In this document: positions 50,271 to 64,000 of the stretch, one piece after another
How positions within the stretch are numbered: the first letter of the stretch is position 1
How the letters are laid out: every line of letters starts with the position of its first letter
The notes under the pieces: model-generated
The model's database searches: none
What the model was told of the DNA's origin: nothing
The model's input: the letters and a program-made list of their open reading frames with translations, nothing else
Translations under genes and position numbers: made by a program
NCBI GenBank assembly: GCA_002633005.1
Contig: NMRA01000181.1
Span: 692,959-756,958, forward strand
Source: Phoronis australis
Taxonomy: Eukaryota > Animalia > Phoronida
DNA: 64,000 bases
Direction of reading: 5' to 3'

Positions 50271-50503
50271 CAGCAGCGTGCAGAAGGAGAGCTGTGACGG
50301 GGTGACGGCCCCGAGCATCCACAACGAGTGCATCCAATCGCTACAAGTAAACTTTTTGAAATTGTTACTGATTAGAAGTTAGATTGAGTTTCCATTTCAT
50401 GTTTCATCCTTTTTACTTTTCTTAGTGCCAATGCATCTGAGTAGAGAGAGGGGCATCTAATAAAAACTCACTCCGGGAATCACCAAACTTCTGCACGCTA
50501 CTG
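50271..50503. mobile_element. hAT-type MITE with 8-bp TSD
   Basis: TIR CAGCAGCGTGCAGAAG / CTTCTGCACGCTACTG; flanks CACGTATT / CGCGTATT. Confidence 0.75.
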
Positions 50504-52692
50504 CGCGTATTACTAACTTGTGCATGAATTCGTCATGCATTCGGACTTTGAGCAAGTCGAGGTCATAGGTAGTTGTGAGCTCCTTCTTTTGAGGATAAAC
50601 ACATAATTTCGCTTTGTTACGATCGATTATGTGATCATCAATTAGAGCGTGAATAGAGTCGTATTTTTAACTTATTGCTTGCGGAAATTTAACGACCTTG
50701 TTCTTCTCCTGAATGTTGTTTGCTTTGTTAAACAAAGACAATACAGGGATAATTATGAGTCTTGTTCATGAAATGATGTTTTTTAGGTCTCTACGTGATT
50801 TCATGTACTGGCGCATATTGACCGACTTCAACGGACAAGTCAAACGTGACTCTTGATAAGTTGAAATTTCAAAAAGGCTGTTGAGTAGTTTTCCAGTTTA
50901 CAAAAAAATTATCATACGGCGCACTAAATCCGCCTACATAAAAAAATCAAAGTTCGTGCGCGCATGCGTATCACTGAGGTTTTCCTCATTTTTTCTTAGT
51001 CAATAGTAAAAGTTGAGACAGACACATCCGGCGTTGAAGCCTTCCGTTGTTTGGTTATGTAAAATCTTATCACAGTTCTATGTATTTAGCCGTAAAAGTC
51101 TATATTTCCTGAAAGCAGAAGGCCTTTAGAATTGGATTTTTGACTTCGTACCAATCTGCTATCAAATGGGTCACGTGACCACGTCTTTGTGGTAAAAATA
51201 ACCAAAAAAGAAAGGTACACCGATATCAAAACAATGGTATTAATACCGTAACCAAATTTCGTTCGATATCAATGTACAACAAAAGATGAAATCTCAAAAA
51301 CTATGTTACAGTTTTCTAAATTATCATTTCGTTTTCGTGTCATCCAGCTGTTGAGCTTTTTCTTAAAAACCATAAAACTCCTAGTTTTGATAGCCCCTCG
51401 TGCAAAAAAGGAAATTTTTAAAAACAATTTCTCACAGCATTTTTGAGAACAGTGCATAATGCATGGCATGTGAAAATTCCACATGAATCCGATCAGCCAT
51501 TGTTGAGATGTGATGTTCCGACCTTTGTCGAATTTGACCATTTTAGAGGGTGCTCAAACCTTGGACCGATGGAGTTCATTGTTTCAGGGGTAAGATTCCT
51601 CACCTCAAACTTGATACGAGTTAAGAGTATGCGACTTCGGCCTGACTTAATCGGCGCTGACGAAAAGTAAGAGATTTCAAAAATTCTCAAATCAATTTGT
51701 ACTGAATACATTTTAAAAAATATTCGAGAGTGACAATTTAAGCAACGCGGTTGACTGACAATAGCTTTGTCTTGTGACCCAGGATAAACACGGCACCTTG
51801 CATAAAAATAAACATAACCCTGTTTGTTAGCCATTCAACTGGGGCTTTGTTCGATCTTGGTTGCACTCGTACAAATACATTTAGCTTTGTTAAGATTGTA
51901 ATCAAAATCATTTGTGTTTACAAAAATGGAGGCAGTTATGTTGAGTACGCGAATGATTGCTGCTAAGCACCTTGTCCGATACAAGGTTTAGTTCAACGAA
52001 AGTGGAACCACTCATCGGTACGTTCTGCACTCTTCGATCCGAGCCAACTGAGAAGTATTTGTCACCGAACAGGTAACTAACCAACCGTGAATACTGTCAT
52101 ATAAGGCCACAACGAAAATAAGAACGTTTTCCTTCTCAGGCGAAACCACACTTACGCACGCGAGCCTAGAGCTCACAAGTCTTCCCAATTACTGGAAACC
52201 GATTTGATAAAACGTTCAAGTTTTTCTATCCAGTTACTCGAGGCATGTTAACTTTTTGTTTTTAATATTGCTTGGGGGAAATCAAAAACTAGCGGAGGCT
52301 TATATGTTAAATTCAGTATCTCTTCAAATTTAGCCATACTCAGAAACGAGCTTGAGTGCGTTGAACATACGATGTCCTGACGTAGCTACGCAAACAACTC
52401 AAGTATGTACCTTACATACAGTATCAAACCAACAATGCACGATGATTCGTTTGCTTTAGGCAAATGCTTTTGGTCAGACAAATGTCACAGCAGCTATTCA
52501 ACTTGTGCTCGTGTGGATTAAAGTAAAGGTACCCAGACTATGTCTAAACCTAACAACTTAAACTTCAGTCACTAGTGCGCAGAGTCTCCCAGAAAAAATC
52601 TGTTTAATGGCCCTGTCGATTGAATTTTCATATAGGGCACTGACCCAAATGCTAAATATTGCTGATAATTACAGTTGTAAGGCGGTGAAGCA

Positions 52693-55600
52693 ATGGAGCT
52701 GGAAGGGGACAGTCGGAGAGGTAAGTATAGCACCTGTGGCGGATCAATGACAGACTAATAAGGGGACAGGGCGGCAAGGTGGCACTTATTTGTTTTAAAT
52801 GAGGTTCTGGACTAAGGTTTTAAACGTCCTGCTTATCTACAGTAAATCTACAAAAATGATTTCATCCACACTGTTCGAATTAGCAGTTTGGTTTAAATAA
52901 CATAAATTTTAAATAAAAACAAGTCCTTTGGGGTCACAGCTTCAAGTAAATATATTTTGATTTTCAAATGCAATGTCTTGGTGCCAAAGACAAGACATAG
53001 TAACTCAGTAGCCGGAAATGGGTACCTAGACATTTTAGGCAGTTTAAATTTTTTTGGTTGTTACATCTCTATGCGGCCCCACTGAGGCGTTTAAGTTTGG
53101 TATCGATCTTGAGAACCATAAGAATTTTTTAATTATGCAATTTCATGCAAGCATTCTTGAAAATTATCCTGGTGCTTATATATAGTCGCGGTATCAGACG
53201 GCATCGCAGGCAATTCATTGTTTACACCCACATTTCGATGGTCAGTCATTACAATGCAAGTACTTATAGAGGTGAGGTGGATGCATACATAATTTGCATA
53301 AATTATGCAAATTAAGGCACTCATCATGGAGAATTAAACTTATGCTAAAAGCTACGGTTTGGGCACCCCAAAGTAAATTATATCGTAATTTGCACCCATG
53401 CTTTCCGTGGAAAACAGTTACAGGTTGTTGCATGATAAACTATCTTTGTTTGTGGTGCTGCACGTCTTATGAACGTAATACTCGGTATCTCATTATCAGC
53501 TCTCCGCGACTTCTTGTCCTCGTATGACACGAACAATGACGGCATAATAGACGCAAGTGAGCTTGGGGTCTACCTTCGCCAGATGGGCATGCGCATTAGC
53601 GACAATGGAGTCGATTTTCTACGGAAATCACTAGATAACAACGGTAAGTGAAACCGTCAAGACGTTTTGGCATCCTGCCAATATCTTTGATTCTATTGTC
53701 AGCGCGGAATCAATCTGCATACGGTGAGAGTGTTAAAATGTTTCGTGTTGTATAACACGTGACAGGCGGCAATACTCACTGAGCCTTAAAACCGTGACCT
53801 CGGATTATTATCACGCAACTTAAAATCATTGCTGTTAGGCTTTCCACTTGGGTGATAATCATTCTGTTAAAATTGAGCGGTAACAACCAAAAACATTTAT
53901 TGATTTTGCGTATGAACTCAAGGGAACTCTATTCCAATCAGTTACTCTGCGCCGGATGTGGCATTTTTGAATGACAAACGGCGCAGTTAAAGTTATCGTT
54001 TGAAATAATCCAATCGAATGTGACTATATTTACAACAATAAACAATGAATGCTGTGCAAAAACAATCAGGAAATCGGTAATCGCTAAGGAAATCGTGGAA
54101 TTACACATATGCCATCGTATATCAACCTTTTCAAGAGTGGTAATCTAAGCGACACAACGGGCCGCAGCATACTCACCGCGGAAAAGAGTCATTGGAGCAA
54201 CCTTAACAACCCTTCCGAAACTACATACTACGCTAAAAACAACTACTAGAAAGTTCAACTACATGCAAATACACAGCACCATACAATATTCAACAGAACG
54301 TGAGAGTTTTTGCAGTGCGTGATGTTTTGCGGTGAATCAAGAAGTCTCCTCCCGCCGAGGCCGATTCAGGGACCCGTAGTATGGATTTGATAACCACCCG
54401 TTTTTTTTAATTAACCTACTCTCTAAGTTTGAAAAAAATTATTTTACAAGCACAAATGGTGAGACAAATACATGTCGAACACTCGAAATTCAATAATTGG
54501 ATGGTTCGTGCGCGCAAATTTCTGATAACTAGGGCATGGTCGGCGCATAGGGGGCTGGGAGGGGGTGGGGGCAATAGCGCTCACTTATTTCAGTGCTGCA
54601 ACGTCCATGTAGGGCCGTCAACTCCTCCCCATCCCCCTCCCACTAAACCAATGCAACATAATTGAGATACATGAAAGTCGATGAAACACCAACCCTTTTG
54701 AAGATCACTGCTTCAAAGCCAATCGTACTAATCATTTGTATTCAACGGCAGGAGACGGAAGGTTACAGATAGACGAACTCCTTGACAACATGGAAACTAT
54801 CAACTCGTTAGCTATTACAGACGAGGAACTTATACACGCCTTCAAAGTAATCGACACGAAGAAAAAAGGATTTATCACCATTCAAGAACTCCGTAAAGTC
54901 CTGATGCACGGTAGCGAATGCATGACGCCGCAGGAAGCGTCGGCTGTCATCGAGCAATTACTGACTTATGACAAAAATAGAGACGGCAAGTTCAGTTACC
55001 AAGGCAAGGCTTTAAGCACATGATAAGAAGTTTGCAGATTTTTTGGGTTGGGTGCAGTGGCGGATCTAGGATANAAAATAGAGACGGCAAGTTCAGTTAT
55101 CAAGGTAAGGCTTTAAGAAGTTTGCAGATTTTTTGGGTTGGGTGGGTGGGTTCTAGTACCAGTTTCCACTGTCGATCGGGAACGTTCAGCAACGGTGGCT
55201 GTAAACAGGCCGTAACATGGAACTTTGCCACAGAATACCTTGGCAGGCCCATAAGAAGATAAACATTATGAGGGGGAGAGCAGCATAAAGTAATTCGATT
55301 TGCCCAAAAGTTTGACCTTCCCGCCTTCATTTCCGATTCCCTCAACCATCACCACTTCCGATCCCCCTCAGGTCGTTGCCAGTTTCGCACTCCCCATCAT
55401 CGTGCAGACTTTGTTACCTGGGAGACAAATCTCGAGCAGGCATCCACAAGAAACCTGGGTACCCGTGTCTCAAAAAATTCACGAGAAAGGGTTACTTTTT
55501 TAGACTTGAGCATGTTACGCACAATAAACGTTTAAGTTATGAATTTGACCTTCAGTGGCATACAAAAGTAACATAAGAATTTCTCAAACCACAGACTGCG

Positions 55601-58042
55601 ATATCCGGAGAAGTATCCGGAGAAATACAGGGAGAAATAGCATCAACTTGGATCAAGATTAACTTTATAAGAGTCCAGTTTGGGGATAGTTCACTTATTA
55701 GCTTAGACGTTCCTTTTGAAAGTGCACTCCGAAAGGATGCGGTGACCACGAACTTGGTCGGGTACACTGCTTCTGAGGACTCTTATTGAAACACGGGTAC
55801 CCACGTTTCCTGTAACTGATCCCCTTCCCGGCTGGGATAAAAGAAGTAGAACTGTACGAATTCACCAACCCACGTCAGAATTCCCTGTAATGTTACTTTC
55901 TTAGAGGGTTATTTCAGAATGGAAACAAACTCTGATGAACTTTTCTATTTTGAGGCCAGGTGATAGATTTCCCCAATTTCAACTTGCATCTAAGTTCACT
56001 AAAGCATCTAGTAATTATTTTTATGAGATTGACGAATTGCCACAAGCCGTCCGTGAATCAGTCAATTTCAATAGATACATAAACATGTAAATCAGAAAAG
56101 AATGAACCCTTGCACTCACATGACATAAGAAGTGAACTTGATATCTTGGCCGGTAACATGGTGTGACTTTTTTCAACTCGTAATATCCCGAAGGCATGCG
56201 TGTAGTTACTTGACGGGCAATCGAGAAAGCATGTGAGACAGGGGAGTGTGGCTTTGGGTGTCCTATGCCAAGAAATTTTCAAAATTTGCACTGCCAACGT
56301 GAATTCTGGACATGTGGTCGCCTCACATTTTTGGTTGTTTGAGTCAGATGTCTTGATGCTGCTGTGCTTCAAATGAGCATGTTCTGTGACCAGTTTAAAA
56401 TGGTATCTACAGCCCTTCGTGAATAGTAGATAGTGTCGGATGCGGCAAAGGATCAATTGCCCTGGGGCACCACTCCCCGTCTGAAAGAGGGCTCCTTAAT
56501 ATGAAAGGATATATCATTAAAAGATTGGAAAAGAATGATAGCTATATCCATCATCGTGTGACTCTCCAAGTGACCTTCCTAATTAATGTAAAAGGTTGTA
56601 CGATTTCACAACGGGGCCTGCGAGAATAGTCTTTGGGTTTTGTTTAAAAGGTAGCTGTGCTTTGTGATCGTGTGTGGATGAAAAGCGATAGAACTGAATT
56701 TCAATAATTACTCTCCCTCCCCCTTACTAATATCCATTGTCAGCCATTCCCGTGAACAGGAAAGGATATAAATGAAAAACAGAAAAATGGTGGTTATGGA
56801 TCAATGGCCCCCCTCCTCTGGCTAAATCTCCTAAATACGAATGGATTCCTACCATTTCATATACACAAAATGAACAGCAATTAGTGCTATCATGATGAGA
56901 GCCCTTCTCTGTCAGATTCCCAATTTATTACTTATTGAATTACAACTTCAAAAATAAAGAGAGTAGCAGCAGACAACTCCGTTATAATTTGCCAAGAAGT
57001 CAAATTTAGCGATCTGAATCAATTTCGCTATGGAAAATCTAGCTGTTTTCACGGACTTTTTCAAAGAATGTATGTGTAATTAAGAATACGTTTTCAAGTG
57101 AGTTTAGATGTTCTGTACTGCAAAAAAAAAAAAACAAAAAAAAAAACGGGGGCACAGTAACAAAAATGTGCTTTACACATATCGCTGTCTTTCTTTTCTG
57201 ACTTTAGGCCTATGGCGGTTGCCAGTTTTATCTAGAAGCCTGCATTAAAAATTATACTGGGGAGGTGGCACGTGCCTCCCAGACGTTTTACTTCCTACAG
57301 CCCTTCCCACTCATACAGATTTCGCATGTACTAGTTTCCCTTCTCACCTACAATAAAGTAGTTCCATTCTTTCTTGCTACAATTCTTTATAAACTGAACT
57401 TGTTTTTCAATAAAGCGCAATTTATTAGTTCTTCGCTGTAAACATAATTATTTTCTTACAAACAACTGACCATGAGACATTTTGGGCTTGAAGGGGTAAC
57501 TAGTCCGCATAGCGGCTTAGAATATTGCGGAAGGTAGTAAATCATTGGTGTCAGTCACACACAATACTGAGGCTTTTTCAAATTGACATGTGAGGTCAAT
57601 AAAAGTAGTTCTTTGTGAACGCTGCTCTTAGTTATACAATCCTCCCAGTTGGACTGTGAAAGTAAACACAGCTTCACAAATGATTTGTGGTCCTGGCTGA
57701 GATGATTTTATGACACCCTATTAGTTTTGAATAGCCCTGCCTGGAATGACAATGACAATGACCGACTGGTTTACGAGTGGGGGACCTTTCAATAAAGCGA
57801 AGTGTGCTATACAAAATCTTCAAGCTTCCTCGCTAAGAACTAAGTTCACATCATGTGTAAATGTTTCCATTTCAGAATTTGTTGCCATGTACATGAATTC
57901 GGACTTTCCATTCAAACCGAAAAAGCAAGTAGCAGAAGAACACGACCCATTTAAACAGATAATCTTCCGCACAGAGGTACCGGCTCAAAAGAAAGAGAAG
58001 TCAAATACAAAGAGGGCGGGATCGAGCAAGAAAGGAAAATGA
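52693..58042 (+). CDS. Four-EF-hand calmodulin-like protein, paralogue B (196 aa; exons 52693-52720, 53500-53643, 54752-55003, 57876-58042)
   Basis: MELEGDSRRALRDFLSSYDTNNDGIIDASEL...LDNNGDGRLQIDEL...IDTKKKGFITIQEL...YDKNRDGKFSYQEFVAMYMNSDFPFKPKK...HDPFK...SSKKGK*. In-frame TAA upstream of the ATG; same intron positions and phases as paralogue A; the third donor is GC at 55004 (GT in the second copy at 55105). Confidence 0.9.
54535..54609. mobile_element. 75-bp CATGG-terminus MITE, 5-bp TSD TAGGG
   Basis: CATGGTCGGCGCA...TGCAACGTCCATG flanked by TAGGG on both sides; related sequence at ~4880-4965. Confidence 0.65.
55447..55812. mobile_element. MITE with ~27-bp TIR (CAAGAAACCTGGGTACCCGTGTCTCAA)
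   Basis: Inverted counterpart TTGAAACACGGGTACCCACGTTTCCTG at the right end. Confidence 0.7.
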
Positions 58043-59621
58043 TTATTTATAGTACTGCAATAATTCAACCATACAACGTTTGAGCAGAGTTAGAGAGAGT
58101 TGGAAATAACCAAACAAAGCTCCAGTGAGTTTAGGACTTGTAACTTAAAAAAAGAGTACAGGTGGTCTGTCTCTATGACCTGAGCCTATTACACTTGTAA
58201 CTCTTTAGGGACTTTTTTTAAACATCAACAGAGCCGATGACGACTAAACCCACAAATTATACGCAAAACATCCACCATAGGGAAGAATCTCCTATGAAAA
58301 CAATCAAGACATTGGACAGTATTTTAAAGTGCAGGGGTTATCGAAAAATAAGACATTTTAAAATGGAACTTGCTCAAAATGATTAGTTGAGAATATTAAT
58401 TTTAAAATATATAGGAAAATGTAAATATTTGCCTGTCTTTGATGAAATGGTGTCTATTCAACATTCATCCAGAAATGTTTTATATTGTATTTATTGAATC
58501 CTTCTTTTTATGAAATGAATAAATGTTCATTCAATCAAACAAAATTGAAAAGGAAAACAAAAATGTGAACAACAAATTACCATAACAACAGAAAGTCAAG
58601 CATCACAAGTTATGAAGTGAACGTTGAAATTGATTGAATGCTCTGAAGAGAGCCATTATTCCAACACCGTCAAGTTTGGGTCTATACGCATCTATCTGAA
58701 GTGTCTAGAGCCTGTCAGATGGAAAGCGGCTTTCCCATAGGGAAGTTGCTTGTCCTGGCACAAGTTATAAATTATGAATTATGTTTGTGGAATAAAGGAA
58801 AAGTTTAAAATACACATTCTTCGAGATTTATTGTCACCACTGCCTTTAATAAATTAGTATACAACAACTTAGTAATTACCAATATCAAAAATATGTTAGC
58901 TCACTATTTTACACTCTGTCAAGTCTTGATACACATATTAATCAAGACACAAACATCAGAATTTCAAGACTTTGATTATTGCTTTTATTTTTTGTTCAGT
59001 CAATGTTAATTAAGAATTGTTTTGCTCAAATGTTTTGCCTATAGACCCATGAACTTAGGCTTCACATATAGATACAGGTGTTTATCCCTTGTATATGTGC
59101 AAGTCATAAACTAGGTACTTTTGTGTGTTCTTGCTCCATTCTTAGTAATCTTCATTTTCAAATAGTTACTATAAGCTGAATACACATAAATGCCTACCGT
59201 TATGAAACAGAGAAGACAAGTTTCATGCACATTAAACATATTTTCTTTGGTGCTGATCAAGTGTTTCGCATGCATAGTCAAACAAATATGCCAAATTTTT
59301 GGTATGGATGTAGGTTTGCACCTCGGTACATGGGTCTAAATATGTCACACATAGGGTATACTTAAACTTATCCAGTGCTCAAAATGTAACAAAATTTAAT
59401 TCTCCTTCTCCTTTGATTGTGCGCAAGTCCATGCCGTGCGGAGGTGAAATTGGCAGCCTCGCATAACAGGAAATATAGAATTCGTGATCTTATCAAAATA
59501 TCACTCAGCCTGCTCTGGAAATAAATCAAATCTCAACAGTCCACTAAATGACCCACACACCTCAAATTACGGGTGTTTCATCTGAGCTGGCAGTTACACC
59601 ACCATGTACTTAAACAGACTT

Positions 59622-61666
<2,045 letters not shown>

Positions 61667-62174
61667 TTAACAATAATTATATACTACAGCATATAATTAA
61701 CCATATATATACTACAGATATAAAGATACGATAATAGTAGCTACACCGGGATGAGTCACAGCAGTTCAAATAGATTTTTAGATAACTATTCTCAGCCCAT
61801 AAAACCATAATTACGTACATTTATCATATCAAATTTTTGATGATATCAGCAACGTGTTATGCGTGCGAAAATAGGTATTGTCTGATTTTTCATTTATTAG
61901 CCTTAATTATCTTCTTAATGAGGCAATACACCTGCTTTCCGCCAAAGACACTATATTTTGATTCAGACAACTTACCCCCCACAAAATTAGTCTCAATTTG
62001 TTCCATACTCAGATGGGAAGTGATTTTTGGACCTGCCAATAATTGCCAATTCGTTATTTCTGAAGACTGCCCTCAGCGAATAAAATAACACGTCGTTACA
62101 ACTCAACTTGTTGAGTATTGTATCAAGCAGTAACGAACTGTCAGATCATTCCAAATCCAGAAATCACACCTGCG

Positions 62175-62285
62175 GCCCCGCTCTCCGGCCACCTTTCGGC
62201 GGGGCTCCCTATATTAATATAGGATGCCCCGCTCTCCGGCCTCCTTTCAGCGAGGTCTCCTATATTAATATACGGGGCCTCGCTT
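62175..62285. repeat. 51-bp tandem repeat (~2.2 copies) of a GC hairpin plus AT palindrome
   Basis: GCCCCGCTCTCCGGCC..CTTTC.GCG.GG...CCTATATTAATATA repeats at 62175 and 62226, and partially at 62277. Confidence 0.7.
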
Positions 62286-63078
62286 TTGAGGTCCAAAATT
62301 CAATTTTTTGCCTATGTCATTTTAATAAGAATAAGTCATTTTAAATAATAAGCTGTTACCTGCTTTGTCTGAGGAACAAGTGGAGACCAATTTCATAATG
62401 ATGAGTGATTTAAAGATGTATTTGCACGCTCCTAACTATACTAATGTATAGCAGCAACTAAATGACAACGCTATTTAAACATCATCTATGCTAAACAAAG
62501 TGCAGTTGTATTCATTGACAACTTGTAAATGTGAAAACAAAAATTCTGTAGATAGGTGACCTTTGAACTAATGACGTGCCTTGAGAGCTCTCATAGCCCG
62601 CATCGTGCAGTGTTATTCCCCAACACCACCTCACAATATTTTCTTGATTAAGTAAGAGTGATTTACGGTGGATCATTTTGGACACAAAACTTTTTCTTAA
62701 AGACATTTGGCAATTTGCAACCTACTTCATATTCACATTGTCGTTGTATGTTGTGTTTCTAACTAATTTGACCAAGCAATCACAGAAATAAGGAATTAGC
62801 ATGCAAGTTCCACTTACAATCAAGAACTGTTTATATCACCGAAGGTGGGTTTATAGCCACTTTAAAAGTGATTTTCCAATGAAACGGAGATTGCCGTGAC
62901 TTCCACAAACATCACATTCCATTGCAATTAGTAATCAAAGCCACAAATAAAGAACTGGGAACACTGGTAGTGAAGATAAGCAGTGTAGCCATGGTAACGA
63001 GGCCAAGGAAGTGAACTAGCAAACTCTAACGATTGAGAAAAAACAACATACAACAGGCGATTGCTAAGGTAAATCCAA

Positions 63079-63319
63079 CAGGGCTTGGAATGACCAATGA
63101 CAAAAAACGCGGAAACTTTTACGGCCCAAATCATGCCCGATAACCAGCCTTTGAAATGGTCGATGTGAACAAAAATCGACAAAAATCGGGAGGACTAAAA
63201 AAAAAAAAAAAAAACGTNATATCAAATTCGATTTTTTTACGCGGAAATATTATAAAAAAGCGGAAAGCACATTTCAAAAAAGCGGAAATCCGCGTTTCCG
63301 CGGAAAATTCCAAGCCCTG
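63079..63319. mobile_element. hAT-like MITE, TIR CAGGGCTTGGAAT, 6-bp TSD ATCCAA
   Basis: CAGGGCTTGGAA...TTCCAAGCCCTG flanked by ATCCAA on both sides; an internal N suggests missing middle sequence. Confidence 0.8.
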
Positions 63320-63335
63320 ATCCAAATCTCTAAAA

Positions 63336-63843
63336 CAGGGCTTGGAATGACCAATGACAAAAAACGCGGAAACTTTGAAACTTTTACGGCCCAAATCATG
63401 CCCGATAACCAGCCTTGAAATGGTCAATGTGAACCTTTCCCCGACACAAATCGGGCAGACTAAAAAAAAAAAACGTTACCACCATCAGTAGCATGCGTCT
63501 GCGTCCTTTTAGCTCGCCCATCCACTCCCAACCCCCACATTTTTGGCTGTAGAGCGGTAGTATTTGTCCCCGCGCTTAACAATAACACGAGACGCCATTG
63601 AAAATCCCACCACGCTATCCCAGATGCCCCGGCAATGTTGACAATTTACGTTCCTCCAAAACATAAAGAGCAACTTCCGCTTTTCGAGGTGAACATCGTC
63701 TGCAACGCCGCGGTAAGAAAGGAATTTGCCGCGGAAAATTTATATCAAATCCGATTTTTTTACGTGGAAATATTATAAAAAAAGCGGAAAGCACATTTGA
63801 AAAAAGCGGAAATCCGCGTTTCCACGGAAAATTCTAAGCCCTG
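63336..63843. mobile_element. hAT-like MITE of the same family, 6-bp TSD CTAAAA
   Basis: CAGGGCTTGGAA...TTCTAAGCCCTG flanked by CTAAAA on both sides; GCGGAAA subterminal repeats. Confidence 0.8.
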
Positions 63844-64000
63844 CTAAAACCAGCGTTCTTACTTCAGTGCTACAGAAGAAGTGAAGTACGTCAGAACGAA
63901 TGCTGACAATCAATACAGATAAGCGCACGAATGACATCAAGGGGCTTTAGCCACATGTAGATCTCAAAGGTTTACACGCTACAGACTGTTGAGATTTACA

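Overview
Intron-rich, AT-rich metazoan genomic DNA from a heterozygous draft assembly, most likely a marine invertebrate (species not determinable from sequence). Manual splicing gives six protein-coding loci: (1) the 5' part of METTL16 (minus, runs off the left edge); (2) a complete 11-coding-exon LIS1/PAFAH1B1 (plus, 403 aa), head-to-head with METTL16 across an apparent ~190-bp bidirectional promoter near 5041-5230; (3) a 5-exon signal-peptide + MOLO-1/TPM-like gene with three C-terminal hydrophobic segments (plus, ~348 aa); (4,5) two tandem four-EF-hand calmodulin-like paralogues sharing an FPFK..HDPFK + basic tail, one with a degenerate EF3; (6) the last three exons of DECR1 (minus, runs off the right edge). 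Introns and intergenic DNA hold many MITEs (5-, 6- and 8-bp TSDs), a Penelope-like retroelement junction with a hammerhead-like motif, a decayed THAP/P-type transposase and a tRNA-derived SINE. Five near-identical tandem blocks joined by a single N are best read as uncollapsed haplotypes. A candidate spliced micro-gene lies at 36.4-39.3 kb. Most ORFs in the supplied track are spurious. All coordinates were counted by hand and no database search was run.
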